Origin: Takakia lepidozioides
Taxonomy: Eukaryota > Plantae > Bryophyta
Assembly: GCA_030704615.1 (NCBI GenBank)
Contig: CM060733.1
Span: 42,098,001-42,162,000 of the forward strand
DNA: 64,000 bases
Direction of reading: 5' to 3'
The number at the start of each line of letters is the position of its first letter. The first letter of the stretch is position 1. A program made the position numbers and the translations under genes. Of the stretch, positions 36,901 through 47,827 are shown in pieces. A model generated the notes under the pieces. The model saw only the letters and a program-made list of their open reading frames with translations. It did no database searches and had not been told where the DNA came from.

Positions 36901-39345
36901 ATTTTCGTCTGTCAAGAATGCGCACATAAGATTAGAGATCCTGCTCAACACAATTTCTTCTATTGGGGGAGGAGAGACAGATTAGCTCAACAAAACTGTC
37001 AGGAGCTTTACCCGAAATATGTAGTCCACCATGGCGTCGACGCTCAGCCTATACCAGGTTCTGTCTGCCTTTGCCTCCGACTTGCGCATGAGGTCGGCAC
37101 TGAGGGCTTGGCAAACTCTTGCACCCCTGCTTCCCGACATCCTTCACTCGGAAGAGCATATGGGACAAGTGGTGGCAATGAAGGCATTCTCAGTCACCCT
37201 GCAGTGCGACATTTCCATCAAAACATACTGAAATGGGAATTTTCATCATATATGAGGAATTCGCAATGAATGACTTCCAAATTCAAAGTCCAAAAGCGAG
37301 AGGGGTTGTAGCTTACGAGTTGATGTCGGCCATTGCAGCTTTGAGAAGACTGCGATATTTGGGCCCCGCAACCTTCAGCACAACACAATCCACGGCGAAA
37401 TGCCAATCGAGATCGTTGGGGTGGGCTTGGGCAATGTGCTCCATCCATGCCAGGAGGCGATGATTGCCGTCCCACACGTAGAACATCTTACCGGACATGT
37501 GCTTGGAAAAGAGGATCACTAGCAATCGATCTCTCGAACTCCTCATTTCGCGTTTGCCAATGGGGACCCCATTTGTCCACCTCATCGGAAGTGTGGGCAC
37601 GGGAAGCTCCGTGGTCGTTCTCAATGGAAACGTAAAACGCGGGCAGACCCCATTCGATATCCATCCCGGAAAGAGAATTTCAGCTTGTCGATATCGCCTG
37701 GGAGGGCAGGTCTCACCACCTGCAATGACACCAAGCGGCAAAGGGGAATTCGAAGTTGGCCGGGTACACCATGCCCCCCAGCACCCTGCCAATGTTGCTG
37801 TGGGTTGCCTCCAACATCTTGGCAGCGGCCAACTTCATATCCGCCTCAGACATGACGTCTGCTGCAGAGGGTTTTCCGGCAGCCCACCAGGACCGCCAAA
37901 TCCAGCCTGTATGCTCCGGGTTTGGGGCCTGGGGATGTCCGGGAGGATGTCATCCTGGTCAGAAAACCTCCATGTCGTCCTCCTCAACAGGGTCAGCCAC
38001 CTGCGAAACCACCTCCAGCACTCTCGTCGTCTCTACTGCCCTCTCCCTGGCTTCACCTCGAACTTGCACAATCCGTGCTCTTTCAGGTGTTCTTTCCTCT
38101 CCTCCACTCTCCACCGTATGGGTAATTGCGGGGGCTGCTCTTGCCCGCGATGGTCTAACCGGTGTGTTACTGCCTCTCTGTGGTGTCTTGGAGGGATCCA
38201 CCGTCTCTGTGCGTCCCTCGCTTACATTGGCATCTGTCATTTGGGCACCCCTGGCCTCTTCAGCTGCCTTTTGTCTTTCCTCCTGGCTAGCGTTCTGTCT
38301 CGTCTGTTCTTTTGCCTCTCTCTTTGCCCTCTCACGGGCTTTCTGTTTCTTACTAGGGCTAGCAGCAGGGGAGCCCTCCAGGACGACCACCTTTGATTGG
38401 GCGAACTGACACCCTCGCGCGCACTGCTCACTCCCCCCTCGCACCCGTGACTGCTCTCTCGCCGGGGATTGAGTGCTTAGCTTTCTTCTTTTTCTTTGCG
38501 TGGGCGGGCCCTACTGCATGTGCATGAACAACCTCCATTGCCGGATCTGCTGTCCTCATGTCCTCACGCCCTTCACCTGCCATGCCGCCTGCACCAACCT
38601 CCCCAATGCCTACTCTGTCGTAATCTCGTTGCAAGTCCTCCGTCCACCAACAAAAGGTTTAAGTTTGCCCTCTCGCCCCAAGTTGGGCAATTCAAACATG
38701 CGATGAGTTGGAGGTCGATGATACCACCAGCGTGCCGGCTCGTCGTCACTCTGTTTATTGACAAAAATCGTGTGAAAACCAACATCGGTGCAAAAAGCAG
38801 CATCGCAACGAGCAGCGCAACCACCATAGCAACAATCATGTAGCAAAAATGAAAACATAACAAGTTTAGGAAGTATGGAGAGCCATGCAACAACAATGAA
38901 AACAAATGCAACCATTGCCTGAGAATGACATGCACAAGCAGCCTTCTCCAGAGCTGCCGGATTTGCACACGCATTGCAAACAATCTAAGGTTCACTCAAC
39001 TATCTAAAGTTCACTCATACAGCAAAGCCAGGATGAAGAAGATGAAAAACAAAGCGAGGTAACGTCAAAGCGAAAGCAAAAAATAAATCGAACAAACCGA
39101 AAGCAGAAGTGGCTTGCCTGAGAGTACTCGGCTTCAGTTGGCGCACGTTGTGAGCAAGACACTGGAATCTCCTGCTGGAGCTTCAGTTTGGCCATGCGAG
39201 AGATTGGCTGTCGTCCGTAGTACAGAGCTTTCAACTTCCGCCACGGTCTGGATGTGAGGTCTCTCTCAGGAGAGCCACGCCCTTCAGGCGGCATAAGTCC
39301 CAGCCAAAAAGATCTCATTTTTGGGGTACATGCCTGGAATACCAT
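27915..39345 (-). CDS. Multi-exon gene: disordered N-terminus, ParB/Srx-like domain, unknown linker, beta-class amino-MTase, acidic tail; 5' exons carry frameshifts and the start is uncertain
   Basis: Collinear minus-strand coding segments with GT-AG junctions (introns 37199-37316, 29051-29138, 28702-28785). Linkage across the satellite into one gene is inferred. Confidence 0.6.
28503..29420 (-). CDS. Beta-class N4C/N6A DNA methyltransferase-like domain (three exons, frame intact after splicing)
   Basis: CDMILLDIPDG (motif IV-like, DIPD at 29385-29396), MLLDDGGCVVV (VI), FEAYCFVK (VIII), RSPAFIQTLM (X), RILDLTCGTG|AS (I), RHVFAFEPD (II), in the permuted beta-class order. Confidence 0.8.
30288..36007. 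repeat. 95-bp satellite (about 60 units) with a 571-bp six-unit higher-order repeat
   Basis: Unit spacing 95 bp (30382 to 30477). The 96-bp variant CTTAAGCCC recurs after 476 bp and then every 571 bp (about 31046, 31617, 32188 ... 35043). Confidence 0.97.
37317..37725 (-). CDS. ParB/sulfiredoxin-like domain exon (two apparent 1-nt frameshifts)
   Basis: VVRPALPGDIDKLKFSFRDGY...FYVS...MFYVWDGNHRLLAW; DGNHR at 37457-37471. Confidence 0.75.
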
Positions 39346-39499
39346 GTTAAGCCAAGATTAGCATGAGATTTAGGGTACGTGTCCAGGAAGCCATGCGTCG
39401 CCAGCCCGAATATACCGACGGCGGTCGACATTTATTGCCCAACTGCGCAATTAAATGTCGGATGAACCTCCATGTCGGAGGAAAAGGGATGAAAATCGA

Positions 39500-41600
39500 C
39501 GTAAACACTCCCGGAATTTCCAACGTAGAGGTAATTCGGAGCGCTGCACGATGGAATTCCGGCGCCGGATTTCCATCCTGCAGGTAATTCGGAGCGCGCA
39601 GCAGGGGAAATCCGGCGCCGAATTTCCATCCAGCCAGGTAGGCGGCGCTGGAAATTTCCCCCACGCAGGTAATTCGGAAGCACGCGGATGGAAATCCGGC
39701 GCCGAATTTCCATCCGCGGAGGTAGGGCGGCGCTGGAAATTTCCCCACGCAGGTAATTCGGAAGCGCGCGGATGGAAATCGGCCCGAATTTCCATCCTGC
39801 AGGTAATTCGAATCCCGGATGAATGGAAATTTGGCGCCGAATTCCATCCAGCAGGTAAGTCGAATCCCGCATAAATGGAAATTCGGCGCCGAATTTCCAT
39901 CCTGAAGGTAATTCGAATCCCTGCTGGATGGAAATCCGGCGCCAAATTTCCATCCGCGGAGGTAGGGTGACGCGCAAAATTTCCCTCACGCAGGTAATTC
40001 GGCGCCGAATTTCCATCCTGCAGGTAATTCGAATCCCGGATGAATGGAAATTTGGCGCTGAATTTCCATCCAGCAGGTAAGTCGAATCCCGCACAAATGG
40101 AAATCCGGCGCCGAATTTCATCCGCGGAGGTAGGGTGGCGGCCAAATTTCCCCTCACGCAGGAATTCGGCGCCGAATTTCCATCCTGCAGGTAATTCGAA
40201 TCCGGATGAATGGAAATTCGGCGCCGAATTTCCATCCAGCAGGTAAGTCGGATCGGTGCCGTATGGATATTCGGCGCCGAATTTCCATTCGCCATGTATT
40301 TCTGAGCGAGGAATTACCTTCGTGCAGGTAATTCCAGATAAGAATTACCTTCCTGCAGGTAATTCCTCGCTCAGAGTTACCTTCGTGCAGGTAATTCTGG
40401 ACGAGAATTAACATCCTACCTCATCGATTGGAATTACCTGCAGGAAGGTAATTCTCATCTGGAAATTACCTGCACGAAGGTAATTCTCATCTGGGAATTA
40501 CCTGCAGGAAGGTAATTCTGAGCGATGAAATACTGGCGAATGGAAATTCGGCGCCGAATATCCATACGCCACCGATCCGACTTACCTGCTGGATGGAAAT
40601 TCGGCGCCGAATTTCCATCCAGCAGGGATTCGAATTACCTGCAGGATGGAAATTCGGCGCCGAATTTCCATTATCCGGGATTCACTTACCTGCTGGATGG
40701 AAATTCGGCGCCGAATTTCCATCCAGGAGGATTCAAATACCTGCAGGATGGAAATTCGGCGCCGAATCTCCATCCATCCGGATTCCACTTACCTGCTGGA
40801 TGGAAATTCGGCGTCGAATCTCCATCCATCCGGGATTCCATTACCTGCTGGATGGAAATTCGGCGCCGAATCTCCATCCATCCGGGATTCCACTTACCTG
40901 CTGGATGGAAATTCGGCGCCGAATTTCCATCCGGGGGATGGTCTCTGTCGGAGAGGTGCCGCCTCTCCGCCGCTCTGTTGGATATTCAGTGCCGAATTTC
41001 CGTCCCGGGGGTTGAAATATGACGGCCAGGTGCCGACCTCTCCCTTCTCCCCGACTGCATTGGAACGGCCCCGAATTGAAATTCGGCGCCGTTTTCCCAT
41101 CTGGGAGGTTTTTATGTCGGCCAGTTTTCGGTCTGACCCCCCGACAAGACTTCCTTTGGGGGGCCTATATGGAAATTCGGCGCCGAATCTCCATCCAGGG
41201 GATGTTCTCTGTCGCACACTCGCGGCCTCTGCGCCCGAGGCGACTTCATCCGGGCGTCCCCTGTTCGATATTCGGTGCGAATTTCCGTCCGGGGGTTGAA
41301 ATGTGACGGCCAAGTGCGGCCACTCCCCCCTCCCCGACTGCATCCGAACCGCCCCGGATGGAAATTCGGCGCCGTTTTTCCATCTGGGGATGTTTTTATG
41401 CCGTCCAGTTTTCGGCCTGACCCCCGACACGACTCCCTTTGGGGGGCCCGGATGGAAATTCGGCGCCGAATCTCCATCCATGGGATGTTCTCTGTCGCAC
41501 ACGCGCCGGCCTCTGCGCCCGAGGCGACTTCATCCGGGCTTCCTCTGTTGGATATTGGGTGCCGAATTTCCATTCGGGGGTAGTAATGTGACGGCACGGT
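39500..41600. repeat. Intergenic array of 30-bp palindromes GGATGGAAATTCGGCGCCGAATTTCCATCC arranged as a large imperfect inverted repeat, followed by about three 270-280-bp direct repeats
   Basis: Perfect palindrome e.g. 40591-40620; 40239-40302 mirrors 40527-40590; direct repeats start near 40935, 41199 and 41482. Confidence 0.9.
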
Positions 41601-41875
41601 GCCGGCTTCTCCCCTTCAGCCGTCATCATCCGGACGGCCCCCCACTTTCTGACTGCATACCGTTGGCAGTTATTGCGCAAAGACGAGGGCCGCATTCCGG
41701 AGACAAGGTTCATTAACACTCTGACTGTGGATTTTTGAGATAGTTGGCTCCCTGGATTTGGATCAGGCTTCGTCGCTCGGACAAATCGGCATCGCATTCA
41801 TTCCCATCGCTGCACCCCCTTCTACCAGGGAGCTTCCCCGCACGCCATCCTGGCAGTCTTGTGTGCACATCTCCC

Positions 41876-44800
41876 ATGGCGGAAAACCCGAGCGCTACAG
41901 TGTACTGCCCTCCTCACGAGCATAGAGCTTCATTTCCGTGCAGAGGGGACACCTGCCGGGTGATGGAGAAATATCTGTGCGTTCGATACCACCTGAAACC
42001 GGGGTCGGTTTTTGGAGGAGGAAAGGAAGGACTCAAACGGCCTTGTTGTCGAGAGTATTGTTGTGCTCCACGATGATTTCGGCGATGGCAGGGAATGGCG
42101 AGTTCCACCATCGGACAGCGTCATATACAGGGCTGTTGGGGACTTCATTTGCCCGCCAAATGCACCGTCTATCCTGGCGCCTTCCACGAAACAATCCGCG
42201 AATCAGAGAGTGGGTACCTCAAAGAGAGAAGTCCGCAACGAAGTAAATCCAGAGCCGAACCCATCCATGAAGACGACGAGAACCGGGTTGTTCACAACCT
42301 GTCCGACTCAGACGAGGTCATGGAAGTTCCGAGGTCGTCCTGGAGATCAGGCAAGTCCTCAATGGACGTCAGTGGAGGAGGGAGTCATATTCCCAGCACG
42401 AGCACCGCAGTTCGATCTATTCTTGAAATTCTGCGAGGGCTTCACCTGGAAGGACACCGGTCGGAGCTGGCCGGGCTGGACTACAGCAAGTTCGCAATTA
42501 AATCGGTTACATGCCTTCCCGCCGACGTCGACGGTAATATCTTCTTTGAGTTCCCTCCTCGGGCGGACTACTCGAGGGCGTCCGGAATGTTGACAGATAT
42601 GGATAGAAAACATGACGGTCATCCTTGGTGCGTTACCAAAACCACCAGCATGAAGATGCTTGATGGTGTGCGGGTGCGCTACGTTGTTTGTGCGGGCGCG
42701 TTGCGGTGTTTCTCCCCAACTTGCTTCCACTTTAAATCCAGAGGTCACAGGAACGAGACCGATTGGACAGGCACAGCTCACCAACCATTTCGAGCTCAGG
42801 AGAAGGTTCCGAACTCCACATTTAAGTGTGCGCATTGCAAAGAACCACCACACTGCATGTCTGTTTGTAATGCCAAGCAGTTCTATGTGTTGCACCGTTT
42901 CCCTGACCTCACCCGAGCTTGCATACACGTTGGTTCCCATTGTCACAAATTGGCGAGGGGGAACTCGCGGGAGGCTGCCCACGAAGCAGAGCAGCTCGTT
43001 CAGGAGGAGGTTAAGTTGAGACCGGGTGCCAAACCCAAACAGATACAGCTCCAAGCCGCCCATAAGATGGCATTGGCCAGAATTATGTCGGAAGACGGCT
43101 CCGATAGAGTTCCTCTCGACGAGAAGGAAATGGAGGCATTGCTGGAGTCGGTGTCCCACGTATGTTCACCGAATGTCCGAAACCACATTGTCTCATGCAA
43201 ACAGAAAATTGGGCGTGGCTCGGATATGCACTCCATTCTGGAGGTGAAGCGACGATGTGGATATGACTACATTCATGGAAGTAGGTTTCCAGGACAAGGG
43301 ACTGAGGCAGATCGTTGTTTCGTATTCAAAATGTCCACGTGTGGACCTGGCAGTGGCGTCGAACTGGTCGACAGGATGACGAGTGGGAACTTGTCAAACA
43401 GTTGGGTCATGTTCGACCATATCAAGCGAATTACAAATCACCAGTGGGTGACAATGGGTGCACATGTCTACGACACCCACTGCAGGATGCTAATGACAAT
43501 TGCTATTTGTGAGATGAAAGGAGAGGACACACAATCGGAGATGCTTCTTTGGCAGGGAATAAACGAACAGATGGCCAAGGCGGGATTGCCCCCTCCCAAT
43601 TTCCGTGGTTTCATGGCGGACAACGCACAAGCAAATTGGGCTGCCATCCGAAGGGTGTACGGGCAAGACCCCAATGTTCCCATGGAAGGCAAGGAGAGAT
43701 CTTGTGGGTTCCATTTTCTGCAGAGCCTTTCGCAGTACACAACCAGGCTCGTGGCGCCAGATTTCAGAGAGGAGCACCGTTCCATGTGCCTTGCGTGGAA
43801 GCGCGCTCCCACCTTGGATGATGCAGAGACACAGTTTGCATGCATACGGGCTTGGTGGACATCGTCAGGTGCTGTAAGGAAATCAGACGAAGGAGCAATG
43901 GTCAGTTGGCTAGCATGGTGGCATTATCGTTTCCTCCAGTTCGGCGACTATATGCGGGAGGTGAGTTGCACGAATTCGCGTCCCGTTGGATATTATTCTT
44001 GGCCATATTTGTAACTTGCTTGTAACCTGAACATGTGCTTGTGCAGGAAATGTGTCTCGACTCCGACACCGACATGCCCACGACAAACATGGCCGAATCA
44101 GTGCACTCTTCCTGGCGTGCCTCCTCTGCGGCGCATCTGGTGGACATCCTCACTGCCACAACGGAGGACATTGTGAGGTCAATTATGCAGCAATGCAGGT
44201 ACAACGAGTTCTTGAAAGGGAAACAGTGGGGCTTGGGGCCGGACAGGCAGGAAATGCTGATGCGGACTGCCTCCAGATCGAAGAATCCTCGGAAGTGGGC
44301 GGCGGCCTTGCGAGAGGGCCTTCGGGACACGCCATTGCTGCGAAGAGGCCAACATTTGGAAGGAGATGTTCATACCCGTCCAGTGAGACGAAGACTTGAC
44401 GAGGCACCTGGCGGAGAAGAGGATTCATGGCGAGCTGACAAGAATATTCGCACGCTCCCTCGTGGTCCGGTGATGTTGCCCGAGGAGGTCTCGTCGAGCA
44501 CCGCAAGTCCTGCACGTTCAAGATCGCCATCTCCTTTGAGCACAGGGCGCGTGCCCCGGCAACATAACGAGCCATCTGTAGTAAAGCAATACAACATTCC
44601 CATTGTGGAGACAAGAGTGTCGGAGTCACAGTGGAGAATTGCGAGGACATTGCCGGCATTTCGAGGGAAGTGTTGCGCCATCCGGGTGGATACGAGAGCA
44701 CGCTGTGGTGAGATGATTCGGAGGAACCCACACGGTGCTGTACCTGCACCTTGTTTCAGCGGCAGATTTTTGACTCCCACATTTGCTCACGCCACAACGC

Positions 44801-45465
44801 AGACATTTTGGTTCTGTAGGCACGACATAATGACCTGTGTATTTGGCAAGCCCAAGTACGGGATTCAGGGAATGCCGGAGCCTCCGGGCGTCTGGCCTGT
44901 TGCACCGGGTTGCAGCCTCTCTCAGAATGAGGCGGATGCTCTATCTGCAGCAGGATTTCGAATGGTGCAACGCACAGACATCCCGGCCCACGCATTTCCG
45001 GTTCCTCAGACCCAGCCATTGCAGACTGCTCGGTCCAGTAGAGACGGATTGGACAATTCTGCACATCCCACAATGCGATTCGGAAGAGTGAAGAGACGAC
45101 ACCCTCCCAACAAGTTGAATGAGACTCGGATTGCCAATGCTCTTGGGATGGCTTGCACTATTCAGAGCTCCGTGGACGTACCCCCACCCGGCCTTGGGCG
45201 TGTGTATCGGATGGCAACGGCCGGCTCGGCTGTACGCGACGATGTATACACAATTACGATTGGAGTGGAGCCGACTTGCAACTGTACGGACTTCTCGTTG
45301 ATGGAAGCAAAGAAGGGTTCGAAGTATTATCCGTGCAAGCATCTGTATTACATTTACCTGAAGAGGTTGAGGATGAACGTGACTATTGATGACTTTATTC
45401 ATGCACCGGCGTTGAGCGTGAACGAGCTGCACAAACTCCTCCTTAGGGATTCCAGAAATCATTGA
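41876..45465 (+). CDS. Mutator/IS256-like DDE transposase with N-terminal GCM/WRKY-like Zn domain and C-terminal SWIM finger; one intron at 43961-44046; frameshifts before about 42200
   Basis: DGHPW..CAGALRC..C..CAHC..C..GSHCH; WVMFD (D1); FMADNAQAN (D2); CGFH (CxxH); TTNMAES (E); CNC..CKH (SWIM). GAG|GTGAGT...TGCAG|GAA joins ORFs 42095 and 44035 in phase 0. Confidence 0.88.
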
Positions 45466-45621
45466 TGGGGCAAACGGAATCCTCCATATGGATATTTTCA
45501 AATGCATTTTGCTGTATCAGACTTTTTTTTTGCAGTGTAATGAAATGCACCCCAAAACTCGTGGAATGAGGCAATATTTCATTCAAACTGAGATCCAACA
45601 GAAGCAGTTGTGGGGCCATTT

Positions 45622-46000
45622 CTGGAAAAATGGCGCCGAATTCTCTTTTTGGGGCCGAAAACTCGCTAAGTCCCAACATGCACTGGTACCTGTGTTTGGG
45701 AAAATGGCACCGAATTTCTCTTTTTGGGGCCGAAAACTGGCTAAGTCCCAACATGCACTGGTACCGTGTCTGGAAAAATGGCGCCGAATTTCTCTTTTTG
45801 GGGCCGAAAACTCGCTAAGTCCCAACATGCACTGGTACCTGTGTTTGGGAAAATGGCGCCGAATTTCTCTTTTTGGGGCCGAAAACTGGCTAAATCCCAA
45901 CATACACTGGTACCGTGTCTGGAAAAATGGCGCCGAATTTCTCTTTTTTGGGCCGAAAACTGGCTAAGTCCGAACATGCACTGGAAAAATGGCGCCAAAT
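45622..46000. repeat. 74-75-bp tandem repeat (about 5 units), related to the 95-bp satellite
   Basis: TGGCGCCGAA-type motif at 45631, 45705, 45779, 45854 and 45928; shares CCGAAAA(C)TGGCTAAGTCCC with the satellite. Confidence 0.9.
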
Positions 46001-46328
46001 TACCTGTCATGAGGGGACCTATAGCCGCGGAATTCGGCACCATTTTTCGCCAGAGAGACCTATTACCGTGAAATGCGTCGCCGTTTTTTCAGGTTACGGA
46101 CCCTATTACCACGAAATTCGGCGCCATATTTGCACATGTCGCTGGGAATTGGCATGAGCGGAAGACGAAATATCATGAGCACAACTGTCAAAAGTGCAAT
46201 TTTCCCTTCAAGGGGCCGAATAATATATTTGTTTTTCCTTACACATTGCATTAAATTATTGTTTTTTATTGTTTTTTATTTTCGAAATTTGTACTTCTGC
46301 TCATGAAAACCGATTGTGTTACTACTCT

Positions 46329-46373
46329 GCTCATGCCGCTCATGCCGCTCATGCTCATGAAATAGCAAACCTC
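46329..46373 (-). repeat. Right TIR with GCTCATG subterminal repeats
   Basis: GCTCATGCCGCTCATGCCGCTCATGCTCATGAAATAGCAAACCTC. Confidence 0.85.
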
Positions 46374-47345
46374 TTTTGAAGTAGGCCAAGAAGAGTGCAC
46401 TGGGAGGAGCTGGAGAGGCTCCACCCTTGGCCGGGACTTGGAGGAAGTCGGCCAAACTAGCTAGTGGAGAGTAGAGTCAAGTGTGGGGTTTGGTTCTTTG
46501 CCATGGGACGCCATGGTACGGAAACAAACTCCTTGATGTGGGACGCCACAACTTGGATGTTCGTTTCTACAAAATGGACAAGTCGATGAGGACATCGACT
46601 CCCTGTTGGTAGGGGTGTGTGTCGCGGCCCTTTGCCTTGAGGGCAGGGAGGTCGGGACACAAGAGGGGCTGCCCCTGTGGTGGGGGCAGTAGCAGCGATA
46701 GGTACGGGGGCTGAAGCACCCTTGAGTGCCCAAGGCACTCAAGGAGGCGGAGGCGCTCACTAGGTGGAGCCCCGCACACCGGGTTGCGGTGGGGGTGGCT
46801 CCACAAGGGGTGGTGGTAGCTTAGTGGGACTTAGTGGGGGTGGCATAGGACTCACCATGCGGGTGGAGACCTCGTGGTGGGAGTCGTGGGGAGTCTTGGG
46901 ACTCATCACGGTCCATAGGGGCCGTGGTGAGCGGGCCAAGACTCACCGCGACTCACCACCGGGAATCGAGGGTCTTCGTGGTGGTTCGCCATAAAATGGC
47001 ATGGCTGGTTGTGAAACCCCCGCGGACAGCTACAGAAGTATATATAGGGAGTAGTAACCCCGAGAACGGTGCAAGCCCGTTGGTGACCAAAAACTAGTGA
47101 GTAAGCGAGCGAGCCGGAAAGCGACCAAAGAGGGGGGAGCTGTTCCGGACTGCCATCTACCAAAGGGAATTCTCCTAGTCCCAATTAGGTGGAGGGTTTT
47201 AGAGGGAAGCGAAGGGGGACCGTTATGTCCCGGTGAGCAGCCGAAGCTCCAAGTTGGCCCGGCGGCCAGGTTGGGAGTCAGGCGCGCGCATCAAAGCGAG
47301 TAACTATGACTTGAAGGGGAGTTTACCGAAGTGAGGTGCGCGACA
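46374..47345 (+). repeat. Chromovirus 3' LTR, right part (reconstructed LTR about 1.6 kb)
   Basis: 46654-47345 matches 61652-62344; ends GTGCGCGACA as at 22753. Confidence 0.9.
47039..47047 (+). promoter_or_regulatory. Candidate TATA box of the chromovirus LTR
   Basis: TATATATA in a GC-rich LTR, conserved at about 62040, about 300 bp before the LTR end. Confidence 0.45.
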
Positions 47346-47804
47346 TTGTCCAAACGATTCTTCCAGAGGTTTTTGGAATTGCCAGACGGTTGTAAAGAAA
47401 ACATTCTTAAGAGAGTGCATGATGCTGACCCAGAGTGGGGTCTGGAGAAAGGAGGGATAAAGATTTATCAGGTGGCCTGTAGAGGAAGAGCACGTTGGTT
47501 ACCAACATTGGTTTATGTGATAGCATTGCTATCCATTAAGCGAGTAGAGTTTGAAGGCTGGGAGAAAAGAAAGGTGAATGTTTATACTCATATGCATGAA
47601 GAGCTTGTACTGGTAAAGAATTGGATTCCAAAGGATATTTTGTGGATCAAACTCACACCAAGAACAACTTTCCAGACTTGTTTGCCATATGGTTATATGG
47701 TAACGGAGACTTCAAGTATAGCCAAGGGTGCATTGAAGCTTGAAAGAAACCCAGGCATATACGAGAGATATTACAGAAGAGAGTTTTGGTTATTGCCACA
47801 TTAA
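47346..47804 (+). CDS. ORF upstream of gag, 5'-truncated by the chromovirus LTR
   Basis: At least 150 open codons; conserved with 1603-1833. Confidence 0.5.
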   Translation: MSKRFFQRFLELPDGCKENILKRVHDADPEWGLEKGGIKIYQVACRGRARWLPTLVYVIALLSIKRVEFEGWEKRKVNVYTHMHEELVLVKNWIPKDILWIKLTPRTTFQTCLPYGYMVTETSSIAKGALKLERNPGIYERYYRREFWLLPH

Positions 47805-47827
47805 AAAGAAATGAAAGACATGGAACA

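Larger units (their letters stand above)
27694..46373 (+). mobile_element. Apparently complete 18,680-bp Mutator-like DNA transposon carrying a ParB-MTase gene
   Basis: Imperfect TIRs (17/21: GGGGGCTACTATTTCATGAGC vs reverse complement GAGGTTTGCTATTTCATGAGC) followed by CATGAGC repeats. Flanks CCTTGAAG (27686-27693) and TTTTGAAG (46374-46381). Splits an LTR and encodes a DDE transposase. Confidence 0.85.
22687..47345 (+). mobile_element. Chromovirus (Ty3/Gypsy, Galadriel-like) copy 1, with an 18.7-kb DNA transposon in its 3' LTR
   Basis: LTR end, PBS-Met, gag-pol with C-terminal chromodomain, PPT and a split 3' LTR ending in the same sequence as 22687-22753. Lineage suggested by EKEM..VHCL..WRHY and LSPKQ.RWQD motifs (less certain). 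Confidence 0.9.

Noticed and set aside
38573-38995. Hydrophobic membrane-protein-like ORFs
   Set aside because: T-rich on the minus strand between cargo exons; most likely intron
27915-39345. Bacterial or phage contamination as the source of the ParB-MTase
   Set aside because: GT-AG introns with a position conserved between paralogs, and clean embedding in plant-type retrotransposons
39347-41800. ORFs of the MEIRRRISI/WKFGAEF type
   Set aside because: Translations of palindromic repeats, open on both strands
41876-45465. Zisupton/KDZ assignment (SWIM, 8-bp TSD)
   Set aside because: The D..A, CxxH and TNxxES motifs fit Mutator/IS256; no SAP or SUMO-protease domain recognised
45443-46157. 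ORFs over the 74-bp array
   Set aside because: Repeat-derived, present in several frames
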